Assembly (NCBI GenBank): GCA_030433255.1
Contig: JAUIMI010000002.1
Span: forward strand, 65,177 to 129,176
Origin: a bacterium
GTDB lineage: Bacteria > Patescibacteriota > Minisyncoccia > Phycocordibacterales > UBA1006
DNA: 64,000 bases
Direction: 5' to 3'
Shown: positions 30,671 through 39,932 of the stretch, in pieces
Numbering within the stretch: the stretch's first letter is position 1
How the letters are laid out: every line of letters starts with the position of its first letter
Program-made: the position numbers and the translations under genes
Notes under the pieces: generated by a model
What the model saw: the letters and a program-made list of their open reading frames with translations, nothing else
The model's database searches: none
What the model was told of the DNA's origin: nothing

Positions 30671-31150
30671 TTAATTAAATGTTTTTTGTATAGCAAAGAA
30701 GGTAATTCCAATAGCTATAGCATCAATCTCATCATCTTTTCTTTTTTTATCTTTTAAAGAAATGAGTTTATATACCATATTTTGCATATCTTTTTTTGAA
30801 GCTTTTCCATATCCAGTAACAGCAACCTTTATTTGATTTGGAGTGTATTCAAATATAGGGATATTACTATCGCTTGCTTGAAAAATAATAACTCCACGAG
30901 CTTCACTTACTTGTAATGCTGTTTTAGTATTTTTACTAAAAAATAAACCTTCTATAGCCAGTGCATCAATAGAATATTTTTTAATTACATCTCTTATATG
31001 TGTACCTATTTCAAATAAACGGTTATTAAAAGATGTTTCTTGTAAGGTTGTAAAACATTCTGAATGTATACATATTTCTTTCTGGTGTTGTTTTTCTAAA
31101 ACAGCAATACCAACACGCTCGTACCCAGGATCAATAGCGAGAACTCTCAT
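30671..31150 (-). CDS. ruvC: Holliday junction resolvase RuvC
   Basis: LAIDPG, EYTPNQIKVAVTGYGKASK, DDEIDAIA. Confidence 0.96.
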   Translation of the reverse strand: MRVLAIDPGYERVGIAVLEKQHQKEICIHSECFTTLQETSFNNRLFEIGTHIRDVIKKYSIDALAIEGLFFSKNTKTALQVSEARGVIIFQASDSNIPIFEYTPNQIKVAVTGYGKASKKDMQNMVYKLISLKDKKRKDDEIDAIAIGITFFAIQKTFN

Positions 31151-31152
31151 GG

Positions 31153-31404
31153 TTATATAATATCACGAATAAAAACCTCTTTATCTTTTGCTTTTTCTAA
31201 AATCTCTCGTTTGTACCTTTTAATATGACTTCGCTGTAGAGGGGATATATGTTTAAAAGAAAGTATTCCTTTTTGAATCTTAATATCTTTCAAGTGAAGT
31301 GAGGGAATATATTCTTGTAAAAGTGTTAATATTTTTTGTGAATCTTGAAATTCTTTATTATTAATCTGTATATTTTTAATAAACTTTTGAATATTAAAAT
31401 CCAT
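31153..31404 (-). CDS. Small protein, possible DciA/DUF721-like helicase loader
   Basis: Directly after dnaN; IKIQKGILSF..SP..RS.I...REILE pattern resembles the DciA domain. Confidence 0.45.
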   Translation of the reverse strand: MDFNIQKFIKNIQINNKEFQDSQKILTLLQEYIPSLHLKDIKIQKGILSFKHISPLQRSHIKRYKREILEKAKDKEVFIRDII

Positions 31405-31406
31405 AT

Positions 31407-32507
31407 TTATCTATTCATTGGCATTATTAAATAAAGAAATGAAGAATCCCCTACACTACGAATAACACATGGTTTATTTTTTTCAGTAAATGAAAAATTA
31501 ATACTATCGCCATGTAATGCTGGAAATGCATCTGATAAATATTTATGATTTAAATACATTTCAATATCTCCACCGGTAATAGCAGCATCAACAGAGGTAT
31601 CATTTTCTCCAACATCAGTATTACGGGAATGAATATGTAGTTGACCTTTTTGTGAATCTGTTTTAATCAGAATCTGATTAAAATTATCAGAAAAAACATT
31701 TACCAACCGAAGTGATTGTATAAGTTCATCTTTTAAAACAATACTATTTACCAATGATTCTTGTGGAATGATTTGTTTATAATCAGGGTAATTACCATCA
31801 ACAATACGTGAGGTAAAGTAAATATTTTCTGATTGAATAGATAATTGATTTTTCCCTATAGATAACTGAACAGAATCTGTAATACCATTAAATATTTTTA
31901 TACACTCTTGAATATTTTTAATAGGAATAATAACCCCTGAAATATCTAAGTTACCTTTTGTTACTATTCTTTTTTCAGCAAGTCTAAATGAATCCGTTGA
32001 AACAAAAACAAGTTCATTATTTTCACTGTAAATATATACACTTGATATTTCAGGTTTAATATCTGAAATAGAGGCACTATATACAACACTCTTAACACCA
32101 TCAAGAATCGTTTCAATAGGAAAATTAATTTCAGTAGCATCTTCTACTCGAGGTAGTGTTGGAAAATCAGCATGAGGGAATAATTTAATATTCATTTCTG
32201 ATTTCTCTGTTGAAATATGTAAGGTGTTTTCAATAACCTCAAAGGTAACATTATAATCACCCTGAAGAGAATTTATAATTTGACTAAAGACATCAAGTTT
32301 AACTGATAACTCACCTTCTTCTTTAATTTTTACTGGAATAGTTATTTCAACACCAACATGTAGATTGGTTGATCGAAGAGTGAGAATATTATCCCTTGCA
32401 ATAAGGAGAATATTTTCAAGTATTGGTAGACTTAAATTTTTTGCTGAAACTTTTTGTATACGAGATACAGCATCTTTAATTTTTTCAACGGTTGTTTCTA
32501 TTTTCAT
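31407..32507 (-). CDS. dnaN: DNA polymerase III beta clamp
   Basis: LPILENIL, STDSFRL, GNYPDY..IIP, LIMPM C-terminus; follows dnaA. Confidence 0.97.
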   Translation of the reverse strand: MKIETTVEKIKDAVSRIQKVSAKNLSLPILENILLIARDNILTLRSTNLHVGVEITIPVKIKEEGELSVKLDVFSQIINSLQGDYNVTFEVIENTLHISTEKSEMNIKLFPHADFPTLPRVEDATEINFPIETILDGVKSVVYSASISDIKPEISSVYIYSENNELVFVSTDSFRLAEKRIVTKGNLDISGVIIPIKNIQECIKIFNGITDSVQLSIGKNQLSIQSENIYFTSRIVDGNYPDYKQIIPQESLVNSIVLKDELIQSLRLVNVFSDNFNQILIKTDSQKGQLHIHSRNTDVGENDTSVDAAITGGDIEMYLNHKYLSDAFPALHGDSINFSFTEKNKPCVIRSVGDSSFLYLIMPMNR

Positions 32508-32731
32508 AATATTAGTTAATTATATATAAAATATATTTATTATTACTATTAGGGTTGTTTATACTGTGGATTAGTTAAATACGTGTTTATATATAAGGAT
32601 TATTTAGGTTTTTTATATGTGGATAGGTAAGATGATATTTTGTTTATAATATAGATTTATACACAGGATAACTTACACCCTTGTGTATAAGAATAGTGTA
32701 TACACATTTTTTATATAAATTATTAACAGGT
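32508..32731. other. oriC: Replication origin oriC (dnaA-dnaN intergenic)
   Basis: DnaA-box matches at 32565, 32618, 32641, 32657, 32682, 32698, 32720; AT-rich DUE with TAN trinucleotide repeats near 32538-32552; composition shifts from C/A-rich to G/T-rich across this point (by eye). Confidence 0.85.
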
Positions 32732-34090
32732 TTATACATCAAGAATAGCTCTTATTTGTTCTATTTCTTGGGTAACATTAGGGTCATCTTTTATCATTTC
32801 TGTAACTTTTTCATAAGAATGAATTACTGTTGTATGGTCGCGACCTCCAATTTCCTTACCTATTGCTGGATACGAAATATTGAAATATTCTCGTAATATA
32901 TACATTGTTATTTGGCGTACATACACTATCTCTTTTTTTCTTGTTTTATCGTATATTTTCTGTGGGTCTAGTGTGTAAAAACCAGCTATTATTTTAATAA
33001 TTTCATCTAATGCAAGATGTTTTTTAGGTTTTATATTGTTTTTAATTAATGTTTTTACCTCATTAATAGATAGTTTTCGAGATCGTAATTCTGTTTGAAT
33101 ACTAATTGCATTTAATATACCCTCTAACTCTCTAATATTTCCTTCAAGGTTATTTGCTAAGAAATCAACCACTTCATCACTAATAGGTGTTTTCTTTTGC
33201 GTTGCTTTTGTTTTAAGGAGTGCAGCACGTGATTCGTAATCAGGTTTCGTTACATCAACAATCATTCCTGCAGAAAAACGTGATCGTAATCTATCTTCTA
33301 AACCAATAATATAATTAGGATGTTTATCTGAAGAAAAGATTATTTGTTTACCTTTGTCATAGAGAATATTGAATAAATGGAATAATTCTTCTTGTAGTTT
33401 TTCTTTTCCTGAGAAGAATTGAATATCATCCATAATAAGTACATCGTAAGCCCTGTATTTATTTTTAAAAGAATTAATACTATTGTTTTTTAAGGCATTT
33501 ACATAATCTTGAGAAAATTTTTCTGAACTTGTATAGAAAATATTAGTGTTTTCGTTGTCTTTATATATTTTATTCCCTGTTGCTTGTATTAAGTGAGTTT
33601 TTCCTAGTCCAGTTGATCCATAGATGAATAATGGGTTATATACACCAGGTTTTTTAATAATTGCTTGGGCTGCAGAATACGCAAGTTCATTAAAAGGCCC
33701 AACAACAAACGATTGAAATGAGTATTTCTCATTTAAGTTATTTGTTTTATTAATAGATATATTCTCTAAAGGAAGTGAATTACCTTGCTGTAGTATTGAT
33801 TGTGGTTGTTTGGTGGTATTAGTATCTTCTTTCTCAGTATTCTTCTTTTTTACAATATATTCAATGTTTTTAATAGAATTATCGAAATTTCGTAGTTTTT
33901 CTAAAATCATTTTATGAAATTTAGTATACAACCATTCTTTATTGAATTCATTTGGTACACCAATATAAAAAATAGAATCCTCTTGTTTTAGTGGGAATGT
34001 TTTTTTAAACCATGTGTTGAAGTTTGGTCGAGATATCTCAAGTTCAATTTCTGTTAATGTGTCTTTCCAGATTTTTTCAATAGTATTCAT
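32732..34090 (-). CDS. dnaA: Chromosomal replication initiator DnaA
   Basis: YNPLFIYGSTGLGKTHL, DDIQF, NIRELEG, GGRDHTTVIH. Confidence 0.99.
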   Translation of the reverse strand: MNTIEKIWKDTLTEIELEISRPNFNTWFKKTFPLKQEDSIFYIGVPNEFNKEWLYTKFHKMILEKLRNFDNSIKNIEYIVKKKNTEKEDTNTTKQPQSILQQGNSLPLENISINKTNNLNEKYSFQSFVVGPFNELAYSAAQAIIKKPGVYNPLFIYGSTGLGKTHLIQATGNKIYKDNENTNIFYTSSEKFSQDYVNALKNNSINSFKNKYRAYDVLIMDDIQFFSGKEKLQEELFHLFNILYDKGKQIIFSSDKHPNYIIGLEDRLRSRFSAGMIVDVTKPDYESRAALLKTKATQKKTPISDEVVDFLANNLEGNIRELEGILNAISIQTELRSRKLSINEVKTLIKNNIKPKKHLALDEIIKIIAGFYTLDPQKIYDKTRKKEIVYVRQITMYILREYFNISYPAIGKEIGGRDHTTVIHSYEKVTEMIKDDPNVTQEIEQIRAILDV

Positions 34091-34122
34091 AGTAGCAGTA
34101 TGTATGTGTATTATAATATGAA

Positions 34123-34214
34123 TGTGGAAAAAAGGGAAAACTTGTGAAAATAGGAATAAAGCTGTGGATAAGTTTTTTATATAAATGTATATGTTTACCT
34201 AGGTTTGTGTACAG
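34123..34214. promoter_or_regulatory. DnaA boxes upstream of dnaA (autoregulation / second oriC part)
   Basis: Perfect TGTGGATAA at 34163-34171; TGTGGAAAA near 34123. Confidence 0.65.
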
Positions 34215-34282
34215 TATCTTGATTATTTTTGTTATTGTATTAGTATAATTACATTAATTAAGTACTAATTTATTTATTAATT

Positions 34283-34429
34283 ATGAAAGCAAAATCACAA
34301 ACTCTTCGAAAGCGTAAAAATCGTTCAATGAAGAAAAAACATGGGTTCCTATCTCGAATGAAAACTGCTGGAGGGCGAAAAACTCTTTTAAATCGTTTAC
34401 GAAAAGGTCGTAAAAAATTAAGCGTTTAG
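34283..34429 (+). CDS. rpmH: 50S ribosomal protein L34 (missed by the ORF track)
   Basis: MKAKSQTLRKRKNRSMKKKHGFLSRMKTAGGRKTLLNRLRKGRKKLSV; divergent from dnaA. Confidence 0.95.
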   Translation: MKAKSQTLRKRKNRSMKKKHGFLSRMKTAGGRKTLLNRLRKGRKKLSV

Positions 34430-34477
34430 TTATAAAAAACCTTTATATAAAAGGTTTTTTATAATATATACATAGAT

Positions 34478-34792
34478 ATGTTTAAAAAATCCAAAAGAAT
34501 AAATTCTCGTGAATTTACTACTGTTTTTAAAAAAGGAAAAAAATCATTTTCTTCTTTTTTCCAAATAATTACTTTTGGAGGAGAGTGTAAGGTGGCTGTT
34601 GTTATATCAAAAAAGAAAATCAAAAAAAGAATTCAAAGAAATAGAGAAAAAAGAAGAATTCTTCATGTGATAAAAAAAATAACAGAACAATACCCTTTAT
34701 CTACAAATATGATTATTTTTCTTCAAAAAGATACTCAAAATCTTACCTTTAATGAATTAGAGGAAGAATTACTATATAGTATAAAAAAATAG
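34478..34792 (+). CDS. rnpA: Ribonuclease P protein component
   Basis: RI..REF..VFK, VVISKK..RNREKRRI (RNR motif); position after rpmH. Confidence 0.9.
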   Translation: MFKKSKRINSREFTTVFKKGKKSFSSFFQIITFGGECKVAVVISKKKIKKRIQRNREKRRILHVIKKITEQYPLSTNMIIFLQKDTQNLTFNELEEELLYSIKK

Positions 34793-34852
34793 AGGTGTAT
34801 CTCTATTTTTTTATACTATGTTCATAGATTGTAATTATGTTAGTATTTAATC

Positions 34853-35578
34853 ATGATTACTTTATGGAATACTTTTTTTTATAAACCACTTTACAACGCA
34901 CTTGTTTTTCTTGTTGATGTGGTACCAAATGAATCGCTATTTATTGCGGTAGTTATATTAACTATTATTGTTCGTTTTATTATTTCACCATTATCATATA
35001 AGGCACTTAAAACACAAATAAAAACAAAAGCCCTGCAACCAGAAATTAATAAAATCAAAGACACTATTTCTGATAAACAAGAACAAGCTCGAGCAACGTT
35101 TGCACTTTATAAGGAAAATGGAGTTAATCCTTTCTCAAGTTTCTTATTGATTCTTGTTCAATTTCCTATTATTATTGCTTTATATTGGGTGTTTCGAGAT
35201 GGAGGAGTTGAGATAGACCCAACGCTACTCTATTCATTTATTCCTGCACCTGAAAATATATCTTTAACTAGTTTTGGTATTAATTTAGCAGAAAAAAGCT
35301 ACCTCCTTGCTCTTCTTGCTGGTGTAACTCAATATATTCATATTTCTCGATCATCAAGTTTTAAACAAGTTGATACTGGGACTAAAAAAACCCAACAAGA
35401 AGAAATGATGGTAATGGTTGGTACCTCAATGAAATATACTATGCCTATTATGATTACTATTTTTGCTTATATTATTGGTGGTGCTGTTGCTTTGTATTGG
35501 GTAACATCAAATATTTTCATGATAGTACAAGAAACATTTATACAAAAGAAACTTGAAAATAAAAAACAAACCACATAG
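34853..35578 (+). CDS. yidC: Membrane protein insertase YidC/Oxa1
   Basis: LTIIVR, LYKENGVNPFS, QFPIIIALY, ALYWVTSN. Confidence 0.95.
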   Translation: MITLWNTFFYKPLYNALVFLVDVVPNESLFIAVVILTIIVRFIISPLSYKALKTQIKTKALQPEINKIKDTISDKQEQARATFALYKENGVNPFSSFLLILVQFPIIIALYWVFRDGGVEIDPTLLYSFIPAPENISLTSFGINLAEKSYLLALLAGVTQYIHISRSSSFKQVDTGTKKTQQEEMMVMVGTSMKYTMPIMITIFAYIIGGAVALYWVTSNIFMIVQETFIQKKLENKKQTT

Positions 35579-35621
35579 TTTGTTTTTTATTTTGAATACA
35601 CAGCTATGTTATACTACAACT

Positions 35622-36086
35622 ATGAGCCCTGATATATTAAAAAAAGAAACCGAAACAATTCTTGGGATGATAAATATTTCATTTAAAGAAGTTGTAATTG
35701 TTATTGATAATGACATACGACTTACTATTATTTCAATTCGTGTACCAGGAAACGAAGAAGAATTGTTTACTGAAAACTATAATATATTAACGCGAGATTT
35801 AGGAACTATTATAAAACAACTCTTAGAAAAGAAGTATCATTTTTATAAAGATATTACCATAGATGTTAATGGTAATAATAGAAAATTTATAGAACAAGCA
35901 AAACAAAAAGCTCAAATAGCGGTAGAACGTGTTCAATTTTTTGATAAACCATATGAATTTGGGTACCTAAATTCATACGAACGAATGCTTATTCATTCAT
36001 ATTTAAAAAATGTTCCAAATATTATTACACAATCGGAGGGTGAAGGAAAAGACAGGCGTTTAATTATTAAAAAACAAACCATATAG
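35622..36086 (+). CDS. Jag/EloR-like KH-R3H protein lacking the Jag-N domain
   Basis: IDVNG, LNSYERMLIHSYL R3H motif, SEGEGKDRRL; after yidC. Confidence 0.85.
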   Translation: MSPDILKKETETILGMINISFKEVVIVIDNDIRLTIISIRVPGNEEELFTENYNILTRDLGTIIKQLLEKKYHFYKDITIDVNGNNRKFIEQAKQKAQIAVERVQFFDKPYEFGYLNSYERMLIHSYLKNVPNIITQSEGEGKDRRLIIKKQTI

Positions 36087-36095
36087 GTTTGTTTT

Positions 36096-37946
36096 TTAAT
36101 TTACAAATTCAGTGTCTTCTGTGCTTGCTTTAAATTCTTCTTTTGCTTTTTTAATAGAAAGAACTTGCGCTGGGTCAGAGGTAATAATTTGATCTTCAGT
36201 GTATGAAGCAATAATTTTTACCGCAACATGTTTTAATCCAGCAAAGAATATTCCTTCCCCAACACTTGATTCAATAAGAAGATATTTTTCTTCATCAGTA
36301 AGTCGGAAAATTTCTTGAAGATTATCAACAGAACTTGGAGATTGTTTCAAGAGAAGTTGCATAGAAGAGTTTGTAATAATTGGCACACCATATTTTGATT
36401 TAATAAAATCACCAACGTCTTGAGTAATCGTAGATAGACCGAGGAAGTATTTACGTCCACGTTTTGCAATCATAAACAAGAATGATGCTGTATCATCAGA
36501 TTTCATCATCCACCATGCCTCATCAACAACAAGGAGTCGTTTTTTAAGATTTTTACGAACCGCATTCCAGATAAATGCTGTAATAATATACATTGCGGCT
36601 GGTTTAAGGTCGTCTTCCATATCTCGGATTGAAAATACAACAAGTTTTTTATTGATATCAACATTTGATGGTTTGTTAATAAAACCTGACCATGTACCAC
36701 GGGTGTATTTAGTAAGACGAGTTAGTAATGATTCACTTCCATCCATTGACGAAAGAATCATCTCAAAATCAGACATTAGTGGTGGTTCAATTTGTGAGTA
36801 GTCCGAATTCGGGGTTATATCCTTGAGTGCATATGTTTCAGTAATAGCTCTGTCGATAACAGAATCTTCTTCTGGTGTTAATCCACCTAACATAATTCTA
36901 AACAAACCAACGAGGTGAATAATATGTGTCCGCAAAACATCAGCAGGATCTTCATCAGAGAGAGGTGTTGGTACATCAAAAGGGTTAATATGATGCTCTG
37001 ATGATAGTGAGATATTAAAATACCGTCCTCCTACAGCTTCTGCAAGATATTCGTACTCACGTTCAGGATCAATAACAATCACTTCAGTATCAAACATCAT
37101 AGTCCGTAAAATCTCTAGTTTAGTAGCATATGATTTTCCTGCACCAGAGGTAGCAAAAGTCACTGAATTGTAGTTAGGGAGTGAATACCTATCAAAAATA
37201 ACTAAACCTGAATTATGTCTATTAATACCATAGAGGATACCTTTATTATCAGTAAGTTCTGATGAGATAAAAGGAAAGAATGACGAGACAGGACCTGTGT
37301 TGAGTTTTGTGTGTACTTGGAGCTTATCATCCCCTATTGGAGCAACTGACATAAATCCTTCCATTTGTTGGAAAAGAGCCGGTTTTAAATAAATAAGTTT
37401 AGATTCCAGAAGAGAACGAATTTCATTTTCTGTTTTAAATAACTCATCCTCATCTTCTGCATAGATAGTAATATACAACCCAACAGAAAATATTTTTTCT
37501 TGAGCTTGTTGCAATGAATCACGTAATTGTTCTAAATCTCTATACGCAGTATCTAAAATAGGATCTCGTACTAACCCTTTTGATTCACGAAGGTTTATTT
37601 GAGATTGTACTTCAGCTACTTTTTTCTTAAACTCAGAGAGGATTTTTTCTGTTGGGATAGGGTGTACATGAATCCCAATATCAAATACCTTGTCCAAGTT
37701 TACAATAGGAGCTAGCCATCCATCTGTTAAGAATCGAGGGTACGACATTACAAAAAAAGTTCGTGAAGTTTTCCCTGCAATTTTAATTGATTTAGAACTA
37801 ATCTCTAATGCTGCCGGTGCTAAAATATCACGTAATTGTAATTTTGCAGTACGATATATTTCTCCTGGAAGAACAGGAACAGCTGTTTTTTTAATTTTTT
37901 CGTTTTCAGGTTTTGTTGTCCCTAATAAATCTGTAAATAATGACAT
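36096..37946 (-). CDS. VirB4-like (TraC/ConE) secretion ATPase
   Basis: Walker A ATSGAGKS, IDPERE, INPFD, Walker B VVDEAW, RGRKY, TQDV. Confidence 0.93.
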   Translation of the reverse strand: MSLFTDLLGTTKPENEKIKKTAVPVLPGEIYRTAKLQLRDILAPAALEISSKSIKIAGKTSRTFFVMSYPRFLTDGWLAPIVNLDKVFDIGIHVHPIPTEKILSEFKKKVAEVQSQINLRESKGLVRDPILDTAYRDLEQLRDSLQQAQEKIFSVGLYITIYAEDEDELFKTENEIRSLLESKLIYLKPALFQQMEGFMSVAPIGDDKLQVHTKLNTGPVSSFFPFISSELTDNKGILYGINRHNSGLVIFDRYSLPNYNSVTFATSGAGKSYATKLEILRTMMFDTEVIVIDPEREYEYLAEAVGGRYFNISLSSEHHINPFDVPTPLSDEDPADVLRTHIIHLVGLFRIMLGGLTPEEDSVIDRAITETYALKDITPNSDYSQIEPPLMSDFEMILSSMDGSESLLTRLTKYTRGTWSGFINKPSNVDINKKLVVFSIRDMEDDLKPAAMYIITAFIWNAVRKNLKKRLLVVDEAWWMMKSDDTASFLFMIAKRGRKYFLGLSTITQDVGDFIKSKYGVPIITNSSMQLLLKQSPSSVDNLQEIFRLTDEEKYLLIESSVGEGIFFAGLKHVAVKIIASYTEDQIITSDPAQVLSIKKAKEEFKASTEDTEFVN

Positions 37947-38023
37947 AACTACTTATAGTATACTACATTCAGTATAATTGATTAATTTTTTTTATGAAAA
38001 AACCTTGAGTAATCTCAAGGTTT

Positions 38024-39673
38024 TTAAAAATCAACAAGTCGGTAAGACCACAAAAATTCAGTTGTTTTATCGATAAAGTAAAGGTATTCATTTTTTTCAT
38101 CAATATCTATAAACTCTACATCAATTGATTCATTATAATCAGTGTTAATATCTGTAATGACTGTTTCTTCTAGTGTTTCTACGTCAATTTTCCATAATGA
38201 ATCTGTATATGTTTCAAGTCCTTGATACCAAATATCAGGATATTCTTCTCCATATGCCATTGAATTTGGAACAGCGCAATATAAATACTTACTATCACTT
38301 GTCCACACACATTTTTCAACAAAGGTTTGGATAGTTAATGGTCGTGTTCTATTAGAGTCTCTGTTGTGGATTGATAAACGTGTTGAGCTATCAATTGATT
38401 CCATAACAAGAACATTTTCATTGTCTGGGCTTCCTAGTGATGTTAACCCTTTTCGTTCCTTTAATGATTTAAAATAACGGCCAGTATCAGCATTGAGTTG
38501 GTAGCTAAACCCATCTGCAGCATAACTTGGTTTTGTGGTAATTTCTATTGAATCAATATTATTCCATGAAGCTAACCATTCAGAGAATGGAGATTCAAAA
38601 ATCGTTTCTTTGGTTTCATTTACAAGGCTTCTAATAATACCAACAACACCAGCAGCATCTTTTTGCAAATAGAACACCTCTTCACCATTTGGGTTTATTG
38701 TAATTTGGGTAATATTTTGTGGTAAGAAAAATCCAGAGATTTTATATTTATGTTCAAGTTGTTCAAATGCTTCTTTTGCAATTCTTTCTTGTTGTATGTT
38801 ACACACCTCAAGCATTTTTGCGCGAGTTCCTGGTCCTATGGTCCCATCGATATCAATTTGATATAAACTTTGGAAATTTTTAATTCCGGTTATAGTTGCT
38901 TCAGTTGCAAGAGATGATTCGTTTCCAGGAGAGTTGATTCCAGAACGTGCAATACGTGTTTGGGGAATCCTATTTAAAAATTGATGTAGTTCAATCACAT
39001 CTTTGCTATCATCACCCACTTCCACATTAACAAACTCAAATGGGCAAGGTTCAATAGAGAGAGCTAATTTTTCAATATTTGCTAGATATGTTTCAGGTAC
39101 ACGCTCTTCTTTGTTCCAGTATTGAAAGAGCGCTCTATTACCATTTTTATTGAAATAAGCGTATTCTGCATTTGGTATAAAGTTTTCAACCAATAATTCA
39201 CTCTCAATTTCTGAAGGTGTTACTTTTGATTCATGGATATTAGCATTTGCAATCTCACTATAACGAACGTATTGATTTTCAACATCAATCACCTTGATTG
39301 TTTGCAATGTATTACCTTCTTCATCAATCTCAATATCAGTTACCTCCTTTTCTTCAGTTCGAATTATTGGTGTAAATCCTCCAGTTGGGAAATTACTGAT
39401 TTGTCGTAGTCGTGGACCTTCTACTTCTGGTTCGGTTATATCAACAGTTTCCTGTCCTCCATTTTCAGGATCTTCTCCTCCGAGTGTTCCTTGGTTGTTT
39501 CCACTTGGATTTTGTCCGGTATTGATTATTTCACCAAAAGGAAAAAGGTTTTGTGCCGTTTCAGTTACCTCAGTTCGTTCTTCTTGATTAAGAAAAACAA
39601 AAAACCAAATCCCAGCAATTACAAGAATAAGAATGATTATTGCAATAATTATTTTCCGAGTATTAAGCTTCAT
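38024..39673 (-). CDS. Membrane-anchored beta-propeller-like protein with inserted peptidoglycan-binding domain
   Basis: N-terminal TM; VIELHQFLN..IKNFQ..IDGTIGPGTR PG-binding motif; KCVW..LYCAVP..PD.WYQG motif. Confidence 0.7.
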   Translation of the reverse strand: MKLNTRKIIIAIIILILVIAGIWFFVFLNQEERTEVTETAQNLFPFGEIINTGQNPSGNNQGTLGGEDPENGGQETVDITEPEVEGPRLRQISNFPTGGFTPIIRTEEKEVTDIEIDEEGNTLQTIKVIDVENQYVRYSEIANANIHESKVTPSEIESELLVENFIPNAEYAYFNKNGNRALFQYWNKEERVPETYLANIEKLALSIEPCPFEFVNVEVGDDSKDVIELHQFLNRIPQTRIARSGINSPGNESSLATEATITGIKNFQSLYQIDIDGTIGPGTRAKMLEVCNIQQERIAKEAFEQLEHKYKISGFFLPQNITQITINPNGEEVFYLQKDAAGVVGIIRSLVNETKETIFESPFSEWLASWNNIDSIEITTKPSYAADGFSYQLNADTGRYFKSLKERKGLTSLGSPDNENVLVMESIDSSTRLSIHNRDSNRTRPLTIQTFVEKCVWTSDSKYLYCAVPNSMAYGEEYPDIWYQGLETYTDSLWKIDVETLEETVITDINTDYNESIDVEFIDIDEKNEYLYFIDKTTEFLWSYRLVDF

Positions 39674-39731
39674 AAATGTACCTCTAGTATATCACTTTTT
39701 CTTTTTTCAAACGAAAAAAGAAACAAAAAAG

Positions 39732-39893
39732 TTTCCAAATTCATGGTTACTTTCTTAAAAATATAGCTCATGTACTATAATTTTAAAACTCGCTTCGCTC
39801 AAACATTAAAATTATTACGTACATATCACGTCATTTTTATAGAAAATAACCATAGATTTGAAATAAAAATAAAGTGCTCGCTTTCGCTCGTAC
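39732..39893. repeat. REP/MITE-like long hairpin with CTCGCTTCGCTC loop
   Basis: Nested inverted arms 39732-39786/39806-39863 around loop AACTCGCTTCGCTCAAACA; second CTCGCTTTCGCTC at 39877. Confidence 0.6.
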
Positions 39894-39932
39894 TCTACAA
39901 TCTAAAATAAAAAACAACTACCTAGTTGTTTT

